From the sequence record MT811961.1: a stretch of DNA of 64,000 nucleotides. One strand, written 5' to 3'. Position numbers and translations under genes: made by a program. This document shows, one piece after another, positions 8,863-20,593 of the stretch. The first letter of the stretch is position 1. Each line of letters starts with the position of its first letter. The notes beneath the pieces are model-generated. The model was not told the DNA's origin, searched no databases, and saw only the letters and a program-made list of their open reading frames with translations.

Positions 8863-9024
8863 ATGGGCTCTAAATATTCTGTTTACTGGTGGAAGCCAGG
8901 TGATATTCATGTACCGGTTTACAATGGTGCATCGTTCTTAAAGGCTGTTTGGTCTTACATTCAGGCACACCGTGGTGAGAAGAAGGGCAATGTCCTTTAT
9001 CTTGTTGATCGTTCATTCCTATAG
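8863..9024 (+). CDS. Small 53-aa protein missed by the ORF track
   Basis: MGSKYSVYWWKPGDIHVPVYNGASFLKAVWSYIQAHRGEKKGNVLYLVDRSFL*; AAGG RBS; exactly fills the gap between 8860 and 9037. Confidence 0.6.
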   Translation: MGSKYSVYWWKPGDIHVPVYNGASFLKAVWSYIQAHRGEKKGNVLYLVDRSFL

Positions 9025-9036
9025 GAAACAATCATT

Positions 9037-9891
9037 ATGCAATTCACTTACAAAGAAACAACTCCACAAGCAGCAGTGCTTATCTCCGGCTTAAACCAGC
9101 TTAACTTTAGCCGTGAGTTCTGGGAAGTATTTGGCGTTGACCATGGCACGAGTGCTGTATTGGATAATGCGGCTACTAACGTTCACATGAACTACGAAAC
9201 GATTGAGATTGCTTTAATCGACATGGTACTTGATCGTTACTATGCTGGTAACAAAGCACCAATCAAATCAATCGAGCTACATTGGTCTTGCGAGCCAAAA
9301 GATCTTGAAGTAATGCTGACGATCTGGGTATTTAAAGAAGGCGGTGGTTCTGAGCACGGTACGTTCCAAATCACTTATATCGATGGTGGTGCTTATGGTG
9401 ACATCCTTTACAACGGTAAGAGCCAATGGAGCTTTACTAGCGTAGATACACCGAAGAACACGATTCTGCCAAACATCGTCGAAGTCGCTGGTGACTCAGT
9501 ACAGTTCACTATGATGCAGCCTGACTTTGTATATCGTGCAAATCAGGACACAGCTGAAACCGAACTGTATGTTACTTACACAGGCAAGCCAGAAGAATTC
9601 ATTGATAAGGCACGCTCGGATGAAGGTCTACCTGAGTTTGTTACGTACTATATGCCTCCAGTACCTGCGATTGATCGCCCTGCTTACAAGCTCGACCGCG
9701 ATACACTTGTAACAATCAATTACAAGTTTTCCGGCAAACTACGCGTACAAGCTCTTGTAGCAGAAGTTAAAGGCAGTGGTCGTCAGAGTGAACCTGAGTA
9801 CATCCTGGATGGCCGCGATGTAACTCTGCGTCATACAGAGACTTTCCGCGGCAAAGATGGAAAACTCACACTGACATTACTTTCAGAATAA
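9037..9891 (+). CDS. Hypothetical protein
   Basis: 284-aa ORF, AGGA RBS. Confidence 0.75.
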   Translation: MQFTYKETTPQAAVLISGLNQLNFSREFWEVFGVDHGTSAVLDNAATNVHMNYETIEIALIDMVLDRYYAGNKAPIKSIELHWSCEPKDLEVMLTIWVFKEGGGSEHGTFQITYIDGGAYGDILYNGKSQWSFTSVDTPKNTILPNIVEVAGDSVQFTMMQPDFVYRANQDTAETELYVTYTGKPEEFIDKARSDEGLPEFVTYYMPPVPAIDRPAYKLDRDTLVTINYKFSGKLRVQALVAEVKGSGRQSEPEYILDGRDVTLRHTETFRGKDGKLTLTLLSE

Positions 9892-9900
9892 TCTGATCTC

Positions 9901-9908
9901 TATATAAC
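9901..9908 (+). promoter_or_regulatory. Early promoter core TATATAAC
   Basis: gatctcTATATAACcaaggtgga. Confidence 0.75.
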
Positions 9909-9969
9909 CAAGGTGGATAGCAACGTGTTATCCACTTCTTTCAAATAATCCTTAAAAGGAAAATGTATT

Positions 9970-10689
9970 ATGTTTACTATGTTTCAAGCAACACTAAACG
10001 AAAAAGGTTCAGCGCTTACTGGTAAAGAAGTTACTACTGCGGTAACTAAACTTGACCCTAAGCTGCTTGACGCACTAGGTTTTCGTGTTGTTAGTGACGG
10101 TCGTCAACAAACAATCGAAGAAACTGCAAAGATCTTCTGCAATGCTGACGAAGCTGTATTCTTGGAAGGTTGTGTTTATAATCTACGTTCTCGTTTGATT
10201 AATCTCCAGGACCTTGTGTTTCTAAATCAACAACACGTTACGTTCATTACTGGTTGCATGCGTGCGGAAATCAAAATCGATTCTGAGTATGCGTCATTTG
10301 TTACTGCTGATGGTTGGTCAGATAAGATTGACTTCTCTCTGCTTATCCCTGAAGGTGTATTTCTAAATGATGCACAGGTTGCAATTAACCGCGTACTCAA
10401 TCGTGTTGAGTTTGCACCTAAGCTCAATACTGGTGGCTATGAAGACATGGCTGAACTAGTAAGCGAAACATTCAAGCGCATGAAGGGCAACCTTCAAATG
10501 TTTAAACAAAAACGTGTTTTCGAAGATCACTACCTAATGGGCAATCGCTCTAAGTATGTGAACATCCAAATCCGTTTACTGCCTGCCGATTCAAGTGACC
10601 TAGATATTCTAGATCGTGTTCCTTATCTACCAGCTACAGAAAAGGATGAAATCATCGCCGGTAAGGTAAGCTACTGGAAACACAAGTAA
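9970..10689 (+). CDS. Hypothetical early protein
   Basis: 239-aa ORF, AAGGA RBS, directly after promoter. Confidence 0.75.
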   Translation: MFTMFQATLNEKGSALTGKEVTTAVTKLDPKLLDALGFRVVSDGRQQTIEETAKIFCNADEAVFLEGCVYNLRSRLINLQDLVFLNQQHVTFITGCMRAEIKIDSEYASFVTADGWSDKIDFSLLIPEGVFLNDAQVAINRVLNRVEFAPKLNTGGYEDMAELVSETFKRMKGNLQMFKQKRVFEDHYLMGNRSKYVNIQIRLLPADSSDLDILDRVPYLPATEKDEIIAGKVSYWKHK

Positions 10690-10697
10690 TCACTAAA

Positions 10698-10745
10698 CCT
10701 GGGGTCCATTTGGACCTCGGGCATTTTCAATCATCATTTTATTTT
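10698..10745 (+). terminator. Probable terminator (hairpin with interrupted T tract)
   Basis: CCTGGGGTCC-attt-GGACCTCGGG then cattttcaatcatcatttt. Confidence 0.45.
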
Positions 10746-10762
10746 GTCTTGGAGACAACGTT

Positions 10763-12106
10763 ATGTATCAACTCATCTTAGATCTGTTTGCATTTGCTAA
10801 TGAAAAATTCGTCATGCTTACCACGTGGATCAATACCGTGTCTGGTGGCATGGACTTCCTGTCCGGTATGATCTTTACTGCTCTAGCCACTGCGTCTGGT
10901 TGGGCAGCATACTTCTTTACTAAAACTGTCCCTGGTTCTATTAAGCGCCGCCTGATTGTTAGTTTTACAATTGACCGTGATCAAAACGTCTACAAGTACG
11001 AAGGCTTCGTAGAAAAACTAGAGGCTTTCTCTACGTCTCTCGGTTCTCGTTCGTTTGTGGTAGAACCTAAGTTGTGGGAAGAAGGTCTAAAGACATATGA
11101 TGGTTATCATCTAAATCCAGGTCTAGGCTTCCACTGGTTCTTCTGGAACAAGCGTTTGTTTTGGTACACAATCATGGATCTACCATCAAGCGGTTCAGAG
11201 AAACAAAAGAAGCGTCTTCGTCTAATGACTTATGGTCTTACTGCAAAACCTCTTTACGACTTTGTTGACTACCTTAAAGTTGACGTTGACCGCAAGTGGA
11301 ACTACATCTACGATCACGATAGCAAAGGCTGTATTGCTGGCTCACAGCGTGCGATTCTTCCGCATCTGAATGACCTGTGTCTTAACCCAGAAGTAAAAGC
11401 GTACTTCAATGATCTTGTAGAGAAGTTCCCACAGCGAGTGAAGTTTGCAGAAGAGCATGACATGACTTACAAGTACATTGGTTGTCTATATGGCGAACCT
11501 GGTTCTGGTAAGACGTCGCTTCTGTGTTCTGTTGCTAAGGCAATGGGCATTCGCAACGTAATGACCGTTGACGTATCTGAACTAGAGGGCAATAGTTCAC
11601 TGCGTACTCTATTCAGTTCAAAGCTAAGTGGTGGTGATGTACCTAACTTCTTGATCATCGAAGATATTCATAGTCATGAAGCTTTCTTGAAGCCAGAACA
11701 TCAAAAAGATAGCGGCGAGTTAATTGCAATGGGTCCATCACTAGATGGTCTACTTAACACACTGAATGGTGTTGTTCCACTACACAACACAATTGTGTTT
11801 ATTACCACGAACTACATCGAACGCCTGGATGATGCGATCACTCGTCCTGGTCGTACAACCCATGCAATGGAGCTACCACGCTTGTCTCCTGAAACCGTGA
11901 ATGCGTACATGAAAGACCGCATCGAAGGTTGGGATGACTCTGTCGAAGTACCTTTGCGTGGTTGTGATCTTGGTCAACTACTTGACGGCTCTGACTACAA
12001 GCTAGAAATTGCCAAAGAGATCTACCACAACCTTGTTCCTCAGTTACCTGAGAAACCTGTTTACAACTACCATGAATCAAACAAAATTACATTTGGAGAA
12101 GAATAA
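10763..12106 (+). CDS. BCS1-like membrane-anchored AAA+ ATPase
   Basis: N-terminal TM; BCS1_N-like LNPGLGFHWFFWNKRLFW; Walker A GEPGSGKT; Walker B LIIEDI; SLDGLLNTLNGV; sensor ITTNY; Arg finger AITRPGR. Confidence 0.85.
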   Translation: MYQLILDLFAFANEKFVMLTTWINTVSGGMDFLSGMIFTALATASGWAAYFFTKTVPGSIKRRLIVSFTIDRDQNVYKYEGFVEKLEAFSTSLGSRSFVVEPKLWEEGLKTYDGYHLNPGLGFHWFFWNKRLFWYTIMDLPSSGSEKQKKRLRLMTYGLTAKPLYDFVDYLKVDVDRKWNYIYDHDSKGCIAGSQRAILPHLNDLCLNPEVKAYFNDLVEKFPQRVKFAEEHDMTYKYIGCLYGEPGSGKTSLLCSVAKAMGIRNVMTVDVSELEGNSSLRTLFSSKLSGGDVPNFLIIEDIHSHEAFLKPEHQKDSGELIAMGPSLDGLLNTLNGVVPLHNTIVFITTNYIERLDDAITRPGRTTHAMELPRLSPETVNAYMKDRIEGWDDSVEVPLRGCDLGQLLDGSDYKLEIAKEIYHNLVPQLPEKPVYNYHESNKITFGEE

Positions 12107-12756
12107 TGAACGAACTATCTGATCAAGGCAAACTTATCAAAGGTTGGTTAACTGAAAATTCATTGCAAGTTGAATCGCTTGCATTGCCTGATGTCGAAGA
12201 AGAAAACTTAGCCCCCTTTGGGGCTAACCTCAGTGAGTTCGAAGCAGTGATTCGTTATCCTTACGAACTGTCTGACTTTGAAGCATTGCGCAAGCTGAAG
12301 GCAGAAGTACTGATCAAGAAAGTAGACAAGAATGCAATCGTGCTTCTGTTCCGTCCTAAGGAAGAGATGGACATCAGCCATTCGATTGTTCCTCATCTTT
12401 ACCGCGTCTTAGAGCGCTGTATGATCAGTAGCAATGGTGTTGATCTAACGTGTGCAGTCAATGCCCTGGCTGAAGTACTCAACATCATTCCACATGCACT
12501 GGCGGCAGCAGAGAAAGCCGAAAAGGACAAACAAGCTATATTCTTTAGTGAGTTTGATACATGCGGAAAACGTCACGATAACATCATCATGCAAAAGCTT
12601 CTACATGTCTTTGGACACGACGCGAAGAAATACTGCGTAGACAAAGGTGATGATTCTATCGTCGGTGCCGTCTCTGCAATCGTGGGCAAGGCCCAGAGTC
12701 ATGTTGCGACACGAATCACGTCAGACGAAGACTTTTGGAAAAAATTGAATAAGTAA
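12106..12756 (+). CDS. Hypothetical protein
   Basis: 216-aa ORF coupled (TAATG) to the AAA gene. Confidence 0.7.
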   Translation: MNELSDQGKLIKGWLTENSLQVESLALPDVEEENLAPFGANLSEFEAVIRYPYELSDFEALRKLKAEVLIKKVDKNAIVLLFRPKEEMDISHSIVPHLYRVLERCMISSNGVDLTCAVNALAEVLNIIPHALAAAEKAEKDKQAIFFSEFDTCGKRHDNIIMQKLLHVFGHDAKKYCVDKGDDSIVGAVSAIVGKAQSHVATRITSDEDFWKKLNK

Positions 12757-12766
12757 GGAATCCATC

Positions 12767-13828
12767 ATGGACTACAAAACTTTAGTTGTTACTGCTATCG
12801 GTATTCTTGCCGTTACTATTTTAGGTTTGCTCTATATCCACAGCGAGCGAGAAAAACGCCGTTTGCGTAAAGTGTCTACTGACACGACTGCGTTTGCAGA
12901 AGGCAGCACAGAACCAGTTATAGACTTTCTGTTGGATACGGCCTATGTGCGCAATGCTGTTACCACTCAGCACGTGGGCGTTTCAACACAGACGTTCGAA
13001 ATCGATGCTTTTATCAGTTTCATGGACAAGTACAAGAAAGCTTTGACCACTGCCTTAGAAGACTTCACGGACAACACCAACCGCATGGATTCGGTACATT
13101 GGGCGGTTGGCATGATGTTGGAAATCTATGGCGAAGGCATGGGCTATCATATTACAGCAGCGCGCTTTGGTAATGTACCGGATTCAGTACGCAGCTTAAT
13201 GATGATCTCGTTTGCCGAAACAGTTGCACATCGTGACAAAAATGATGCCCCATTTGACTTTGTGGAAACTTGGCTAAGTCTTGTTGAGACGAATCGTTTC
13301 TGTTATTCTTTGGAAGAACTAAACTCAGAGTTCTTTGTTGGACATACAGTACATCGTCACTTGGAAGATTACTTTGATAACCACAATCGCTTCTGTGATG
13401 ATCTATCTGCACGCCAACGCATTCAGATGGCACGTGTTATGCATAACAACTTCCGTAAGGTTCCTGCACATAGCTGTGTTACACAGACTCGCTCATGCAA
13501 CTGGCGTTTGTTGTTCTTGGCTACATGGATTCACGAAGCGTACATCAACGTTGAGTTTGAATTGACTGACTTAGAGACGTACGTCTTAGAGGACCGTCTG
13601 CTTGACTATGATGCACGTTCGGATCTTGAGGTATCTCTCTTTCCAACAAAGGAAGAAGATATTGAAGTAAACGACCTGGAAGAGGAAGAGGCTCTTATGC
13701 TAGAAGCAGATGAAACTCTAACTCATCTGGATGGGCCTGGTCGCGGTTACAAAGATCCGCAGACAATGCTGATCGAAGCAGAAGATGAAGCAGCTGAGTC
13801 ATCAAGCAATTCTGATTCAGAAGACTAA
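12767..13828 (+). CDS. Hypothetical membrane-anchored protein with acidic C-terminus
   Basis: TM TLVVTAIGILAVTILGLLYI; D/E-rich tail. Confidence 0.7.
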   Translation: MDYKTLVVTAIGILAVTILGLLYIHSEREKRRLRKVSTDTTAFAEGSTEPVIDFLLDTAYVRNAVTTQHVGVSTQTFEIDAFISFMDKYKKALTTALEDFTDNTNRMDSVHWAVGMMLEIYGEGMGYHITAARFGNVPDSVRSLMMISFAETVAHRDKNDAPFDFVETWLSLVETNRFCYSLEELNSEFFVGHTVHRHLEDYFDNHNRFCDDLSARQRIQMARVMHNNFRKVPAHSCVTQTRSCNWRLLFLATWIHEAYINVEFELTDLETYVLEDRLLDYDARSDLEVSLFPTKEEDIEVNDLEEEEALMLEADETLTHLDGPGRGYKDPQTMLIEAEDEAAESSSNSDSED

Positions 13829-13833
13829 AAGAA

Positions 13834-13880
13834 AAGAGGGGAGCGTTTGCTCCTCTCTTCTTCTTATTTTTTTTTTCTTT
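13834..13880 (+). terminator. Rho-independent terminator
   Basis: AAGAGGGGAGC-gttt-GCTCCTCTCTT followed by long T run. Confidence 0.85.
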
Positions 13881-13898
13881 TCATCGGTTGTTGATCTC

Positions 13899-13906
13899 TA
13901 TATTAC
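13899..13906 (+). promoter_or_regulatory. Early promoter core TATATTAC
   Basis: gatctcTATATTACcaatgtgat. Confidence 0.8.
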
Positions 13907-13945
13907 CAATGTGATTATCAACCCTAAACCTTAAAAGAGGCTATT

Positions 13946-14674
13946 ATGAAAAACAATCTATCTGTACTTACTGCATGTCACCTACTAGGCTTCCGTCAAG
14001 TTCAAATTCTACGTCAACTTGGTATTGATGATTTCCCTATGGAAGTAATCAACGCATTCTTGGATGTTGAGTTTAAACAAATCATTGCCGATGATCAAAC
14101 GGTTTGGCAGCGTCATCTAAAGATCTCTAAGCTTCCGTACATGGAAACACTTCGTTTCGGCAACGATGGTTTCTTGTTATCAAAAGAAATCAATACGGTT
14201 CATACATCAGAAACCGTTTTCTTTGACATCCAAGTTGTCGACGAAGAAGCAAAGATCTTGAAGTGGACTTCATCGACTTCGTTTGGTGTTATCGAATGTC
14301 TGGTTGACGAAGAAACAATGAACATCATCGAAGTAAACAACGGCGTTGAGATTGGTCGTCCTTACTACAGTGACAGCTACATCCCAGCAACAGTTTACTA
14401 TCCACACCGCGTACATGGCGCTGACGCAACAGACGAAGAAATTGCATACTGGTCTACACAGTACCCATGTGCAAATCATCTTTGCCTCAACCGTCGTGGT
14501 TTGCCTGTATACGAACAGAACGGCGATTGGATCTATCGCTATGAGTTCATCGGTAAACACATCATCAACATCTATTCTAACGCACATGGCCCGTTCCGCC
14601 TATTCCTATCACTGGAGAAGTACAATGATCGTTTCCCTGGAAAGCTTAAAGAAGTATCATTCCAAGCAGCCTAA
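13946..14674 (+). CDS. Hypothetical early protein, possible member of the YD-like beta-hairpin family
   Basis: N-terminal L..LG(I)..FP motif and beta-hairpin repeats resembling 17184, 32931 and 57548. Confidence 0.6.
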   Translation: MKNNLSVLTACHLLGFRQVQILRQLGIDDFPMEVINAFLDVEFKQIIADDQTVWQRHLKISKLPYMETLRFGNDGFLLSKEINTVHTSETVFFDIQVVDEEAKILKWTSSTSFGVIECLVDEETMNIIEVNNGVEIGRPYYSDSYIPATVYYPHRVHGADATDEEIAYWSTQYPCANHLCLNRRGLPVYEQNGDWIYRYEFIGKHIINIYSNAHGPFRLFLSLEKYNDRFPGKLKEVSFQAA

Positions 14675-15143
14675 GACGCTGTATCGTTTACAACACAAAG
14701 AAGATGGTATGGGTGCTTGGAGGCACCCATATAACAATATCATCCGTCCTGAGACAATTATGCCAGAACCAACAGAAGAAGGTTTGGACTTTTGGCGCGG
14801 GATGCGTTGTGCTGTACCCGAACTGGCTATGCTTATGGCTTGGCATGGCCGATGGGAGATGGAACGACTAATCAACGAATTCGATTTCGAGATCGTTGAA
14901 GTTGTGGCTACTGGAGTTCAATCCGGTGACCTGCAATCAGTCTACCATCCAAAGAACGTAATCAGCGTTACTCCATTGGAATGGAATCGTGACTTACGTA
15001 AACGTGTAATTCGCGGCGAGTCTGAAAAGACCGCTGCTCGACTTGATCGTTGGAGAAACAAATATGACGCAAAACACGGATACTCTAGATCCCCTTCGTT
15101 TGGACTACTCGGAAATGGAAAGCGTCGTAGACTCGGTTTGTGA
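14625..15143 (+). CDS. Hypothetical protein
   Basis: GGAG RBS before ATG 14625 within ORF 14346-15143. Confidence 0.6.
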   Translation: MIVSLESLKKYHSKQPKTLYRLQHKEDGMGAWRHPYNNIIRPETIMPEPTEEGLDFWRGMRCAVPELAMLMAWHGRWEMERLINEFDFEIVEVVATGVQSGDLQSVYHPKNVISVTPLEWNRDLRKRVIRGESEKTAARLDRWRNKYDAKHGYSRSPSFGLLGNGKRRRLGL

Positions 15144-15384
15144 TTCTATTATCCACGGTGATTGTGGTATGAGTTACCAACTCACAGAAGAACTGCGCCA
15201 ACGCATCAAATCAGAGTTAGCCACAAAGCTCCAAGCTAAGATCATGGATCGTTTTGTTGTACACAGCCAAAACTTCATGTTACAGGACTCACAGGTTATT
15301 ACCTTCGCCACAACCGACGAAGAACCTGTTTATCCGAAAGCAACCGCACACAATACAGTAGGAGAGCAAGATGAATCAAAGTAA
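15064..15384 (+). CDS. Hypothetical protein
   Basis: GGAG RBS before ATG 15064. Confidence 0.6.
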   Translation: MTQNTDTLDPLRLDYSEMESVVDSVCDSIIHGDCGMSYQLTEELRQRIKSELATKLQAKIMDRFVVHSQNFMLQDSQVITFATTDEEPVYPKATAHNTVGEQDESK

Positions 15385-15886
15385 ACGTTCTAAAGCAATT
15401 GGTAGTCGTATCGTTAAACCGCTACTTCGCAAAGGTATTACGGAATCAGAAAAGAATCTGTATCGTATAACTCGTGTTGCCCGCGTGTCGTTTGTTCATG
15501 ACCTTGGAGTTCAGGACATCCGTGGGGTAAAGTTATATGCACGGTACGTTAACGGGGAGACACTTATCTATCGTCGCTTCCGTCGTACAAAGTACATGGT
15601 GTTCTGTTACAAGACAACCTTCCATAGTGCACAGCATTCGTGGTACACGCATTTCAGTCCACGCAATACATACTACCTGACCGTGCATTCATTACATGCC
15701 ATTATTCTTCGCAATGGCTATGGTCGTCAATTCGATCGCAATGCTATCGGCGACTCTAGTAGTAATACTCTGTTCATGCGCGAAGGTGCAATAAACAAAC
15801 AGATCATGGGTCGTCTGAAACGCATGCCGATATCAGAATACTCAGAAACACTAAAAGGCTTTGCTGGCGACTTTGAGTCAGTATAA
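15371..15886 (+). CDS. Hypothetical basic protein
   Basis: 171-aa Arg/Lys-rich ORF, GGAG RBS. Confidence 0.65.
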   Translation: MNQSKRSKAIGSRIVKPLLRKGITESEKNLYRITRVARVSFVHDLGVQDIRGVKLYARYVNGETLIYRRFRRTKYMVFCYKTTFHSAQHSWYTHFSPRNTYYLTVHSLHAIILRNGYGRQFDRNAIGDSSSNTLFMREGAINKQIMGRLKRMPISEYSETLKGFAGDFESV

Positions 15887-15922
15887 CTAATCCCATCCCA
15901 TTTTTTATTAAGAGATAATCTC

Positions 15923-16726
15923 ATGCAAAACATCAATACAGCGAAACACCTATTTAAAACAACAGGTACTCAACCTTTCACAGAAACCGTAGAGCACGGC
16001 ATCAAGTTTGTCGAAGCACTGCATTACGAGATCTTTGTCCACCCTCGCAAGTTTAAGGCAACCAACGAGCGCACAAAGGGACGCAACTTTTTCCCTACGC
16101 TAAATCGTAATCGTCTGTGGGTTTGCGGACAGATTATCTCTGACTTTAAAATGGATGCTAGCACACCAAACGCTAGCTCTGTAGATCGTGCAATGCATTT
16201 TATGCGTCCTCGTTCTAAGTCATCTCTGGCCAATCTTAACAACTGGCTAAACCACTGGTCTTCTGACTTTGAGTTCTTTGTTAGAGATAAAACAGAAACA
16301 CATACCGATCGTTATGAATTCGGTACGGGTATGTTTTTCTATCATCTACCAGCCACCGACAAGTTTAACAAATTCAACTCTTTATGTGAGGACATTGAAT
16401 GTAATACAACGAGCGTCTTTCCTATGGAAGATATTGTTGTACATCTACTGCGAGCTGATCTAAAGCTTTATGTAGATGGTACTCATATCGAGTACGGTTG
16501 CATTCGTCCACATATGTTGAAGACCATTGAAGAAAAAGAATGGCGCTTGTCAGTGAAAGAACGTAAAGAATACTACTCGTACTTTACGGGCATTCGTTGG
16601 TCTAGTGGCATTCCTTGTCAGAAGTGGTTTGATTTCTTTAAGAGCTACAACTCCCGCATCGAAATTCGTGACGCCAAAGATAATGTTATCTGGGGCACAC
16701 CAATGGGAATGCTGCGAGCTGCTTAG
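15923..16726 (+). CDS. Hypothetical protein
   Basis: 267-aa ORF. Confidence 0.7.
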   Translation: MQNINTAKHLFKTTGTQPFTETVEHGIKFVEALHYEIFVHPRKFKATNERTKGRNFFPTLNRNRLWVCGQIISDFKMDASTPNASSVDRAMHFMRPRSKSSLANLNNWLNHWSSDFEFFVRDKTETHTDRYEFGTGMFFYHLPATDKFNKFNSLCEDIECNTTSVFPMEDIVVHLLRADLKLYVDGTHIEYGCIRPHMLKTIEEKEWRLSVKERKEYYSYFTGIRWSSGIPCQKWFDFFKSYNSRIEIRDAKDNVIWGTPMGMLRAA

Positions 16727-16753
16727 TTGGTCTTTATGACCTAAGGACAATCC

Positions 16754-17089
16754 ATGGCTATCGATGTGCATATACCGTTAGGCGTTGTTTCCAATGCCCC
16801 AGAGGATCGCTTTAATTCTTCGGTTACGATTAAATCCATCGCTGGATCTAAACGAGAAGCCGACGCAAGAAGATTGCGATTCTTTGCTGGTACGCCTTGT
16901 AAGAATAATCATTTCATTCGTGACTTGATTACAAATACAAAGCAACCATTCAGTATCCGCTATCGTCGTTCTGGTAAATGCGCTATCTGTGAGTTTCACC
17001 GCAAGTTGGATCGCGGTTATCACAAGAAGCGTACGGCAATTGGTACAAAGCCAAGCTATGCCGATTACAAGGATAAACACCATCGATAA
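16754..17089 (+). CDS. Small basic Zn-binding protein (FxGxPCKNxH...RY...CxxC motif)
   Basis: FFAGTPCKNNH and RYRRSGKCAIC resemble the DNA-binding module that often precedes phage HNH nucleases; no HNH domain present. Confidence 0.5.
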   Translation: MAIDVHIPLGVVSNAPEDRFNSSVTIKSIAGSKREADARRLRFFAGTPCKNNHFIRDLITNTKQPFSIRYRRSGKCAICEFHRKLDRGYHKKRTAIGTKPSYADYKDKHHR

Positions 17090-17090
17090 G

Positions 17091-17140
17091 AACTGGGGGG
17101 CTTCGGCTCCCTAGTTCTCCTATTCCTTCTTTTTCTTTTT
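17091..17140 (+). terminator. Rho-independent terminator (UUCG loop)
   Basis: AACTGGGGGGC-ttcg-GCTCCCTAGTT plus T-rich tail. Confidence 0.8.
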
Positions 17141-17183
17141 GACAGTTGTTCGCAATTCTATGTTTTTAACCGGAGGATAGTTA

Positions 17184-17942
17184 ATGATCTATTTAAATCA
17201 TCACCTTGCGCGGGTTTTATGGCCTGATAGCATTTGGCCCTTAATTGATGCATCTGGACTTATCGGTCTAGCGTGGGACGAACTTGCTTTGATCAAAGGT
17301 TCGTGGATGGAAACGGCCGGCCTATCACTAGAGCACCACAAGCTCAATGTGGACGAGGATGGCAACCTAAGAGGTTTTGGCAGTAGTATTGGCATGACGT
17401 ACAACAACGATCATGTACAGCTAGTACAGCATCGTGCAGGCACTACAGTACGTGCTGAGTTCGACGGTGGTTCTTATGAGCTACGTAAACTCGGTCGTGG
17501 TCCACGCTGTTGTGTTAAACCTGGTTTAGTTCGCACTATCCATAGGGACAATGAAGAATGGACACAGATCATCGAAGGCCCAAATGGCAATGATCAAATT
17601 CTGAAGTTCGATAAGCTTAACCGCATTATTTCTCACCGACAAGGAAGAAGCAATGAAAAGCGATACGAGTACATCTTTGGCAGAGGGCCAGCAAGACTCC
17701 TCTTCAACGACACCGTCCAAACCTACGAATACGACACTGGGTCATCGGGTTTGCCAAAAGCTATTGTCGGTAAAGGACGAACTGATTTCGTCATTTCGAG
17801 AAATGTCGATGGAGCAGTACATAGTCTTAGCAGTGGCAATACTGTCTTGCTCGATTTTAGTCAATTTATTCTGGAGATAGATGAGAAGTCTTCTATCGCC
17901 GCTAAATCACTCAAAGCCCGTTTAACAGGAGAAAAGCGATGA
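17184..17942 (+). CDS. YD/RHS-like beta-hairpin repeat protein
   Basis: FDKLNRII, RYEY, TYEYD repeats; N-terminal SGLIGL motif; GGAGG RBS. Confidence 0.55.
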   Translation: MIYLNHHLARVLWPDSIWPLIDASGLIGLAWDELALIKGSWMETAGLSLEHHKLNVDEDGNLRGFGSSIGMTYNNDHVQLVQHRAGTTVRAEFDGGSYELRKLGRGPRCCVKPGLVRTIHRDNEEWTQIIEGPNGNDQILKFDKLNRIISHRQGRSNEKRYEYIFGRGPARLLFNDTVQTYEYDTGSSGLPKAIVGKGRTDFVISRNVDGAVHSLSSGNTVLLDFSQFILEIDEKSSIAAKSLKARLTGEKR

Positions 17943-18580
17943 GTTCTAATCCGTTGATTGTCGGAATCATTATTCTGATGTTTATTTGTTTTGTACTGGG
18001 TGCTCGTCTATGGGTAGTCACCGAACAAAAAGTACGTTTTCGTGATCTGTATCATGACATGCGTGATAAAAAGAATCTGTATCGCCGCTGTATCGAAAAC
18101 GTAATCTGCCTCTTGGAAAAAGAAGCGGTTATTCCGGTTATCCAAAACCGCATTAGTTTTCTATTGGCCAACAGTATCGACTGTCATAATGATACGTTAA
18201 AGTTCTTGGCTGAAAATAATCTTAATGAGTTAAAGACAATTCTGGAACTCATGGATTATGCGCGCACTGAAGATCATCCAAACAAACTTGTCTTCTATAT
18301 TACCAAAGAGCATGAGTACTGCTTATGGAATCCGATCACAAAAGAGTATGCTGCCACACATGGCGATACAGTGATCTTCCATCACTACATACTTGGCAAA
18401 GAAGACTGGGGTCGAGTTATATTGCTAACTCCATGTATTCGAAATGGTCAATTGACCTTTAAGAAAGGCAGCAGTTACGTGGAGCCAAGAAAGATTTCAT
18501 TAAGAATAGGTCGAGGACATTCTATAGCAGAAGTGCTGGCCCAAGAAATCTCTGTGGGCAAAGCGTTAACAAACGATTAA
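17939..18580 (+). CDS. Hypothetical membrane-anchored protein
   Basis: TM PLIVGIIILMFICFVLGA; ATGA coupling. Confidence 0.7.
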   Translation: MSSNPLIVGIIILMFICFVLGARLWVVTEQKVRFRDLYHDMRDKKNLYRRCIENVICLLEKEAVIPVIQNRISFLLANSIDCHNDTLKFLAENNLNELKTILELMDYARTEDHPNKLVFYITKEHEYCLWNPITKEYAATHGDTVIFHHYILGKEDWGRVILLTPCIRNGQLTFKKGSSYVEPRKISLRIGRGHSIAEVLAQEISVGKALTND

Positions 18581-18589
18581 CCAAAGTGA

Positions 18590-20533
<1,944 letters not shown>

Positions 20534-20539
20534 TCAAAC

Positions 20540-20570
20540 AGGGAGCTTCGGCTCCCTATTCTTTTTATCT
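20540..20570 (+). terminator. Rho-independent terminator (UUCG loop)
   Basis: AGGGAGC-ttcg-GCTCCCT plus attcttttt. Confidence 0.8.
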
Positions 20571-20593
20571 TTTGTTTAAAATAGGAATTTATT

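Noticed and set aside
17184-17942. RHS polymorphic toxin call for the YD-repeat proteins (also 57548)
   Set aside because: Only a few repeats, no PxxxxDPxG core end, no toxin tip or immunity gene
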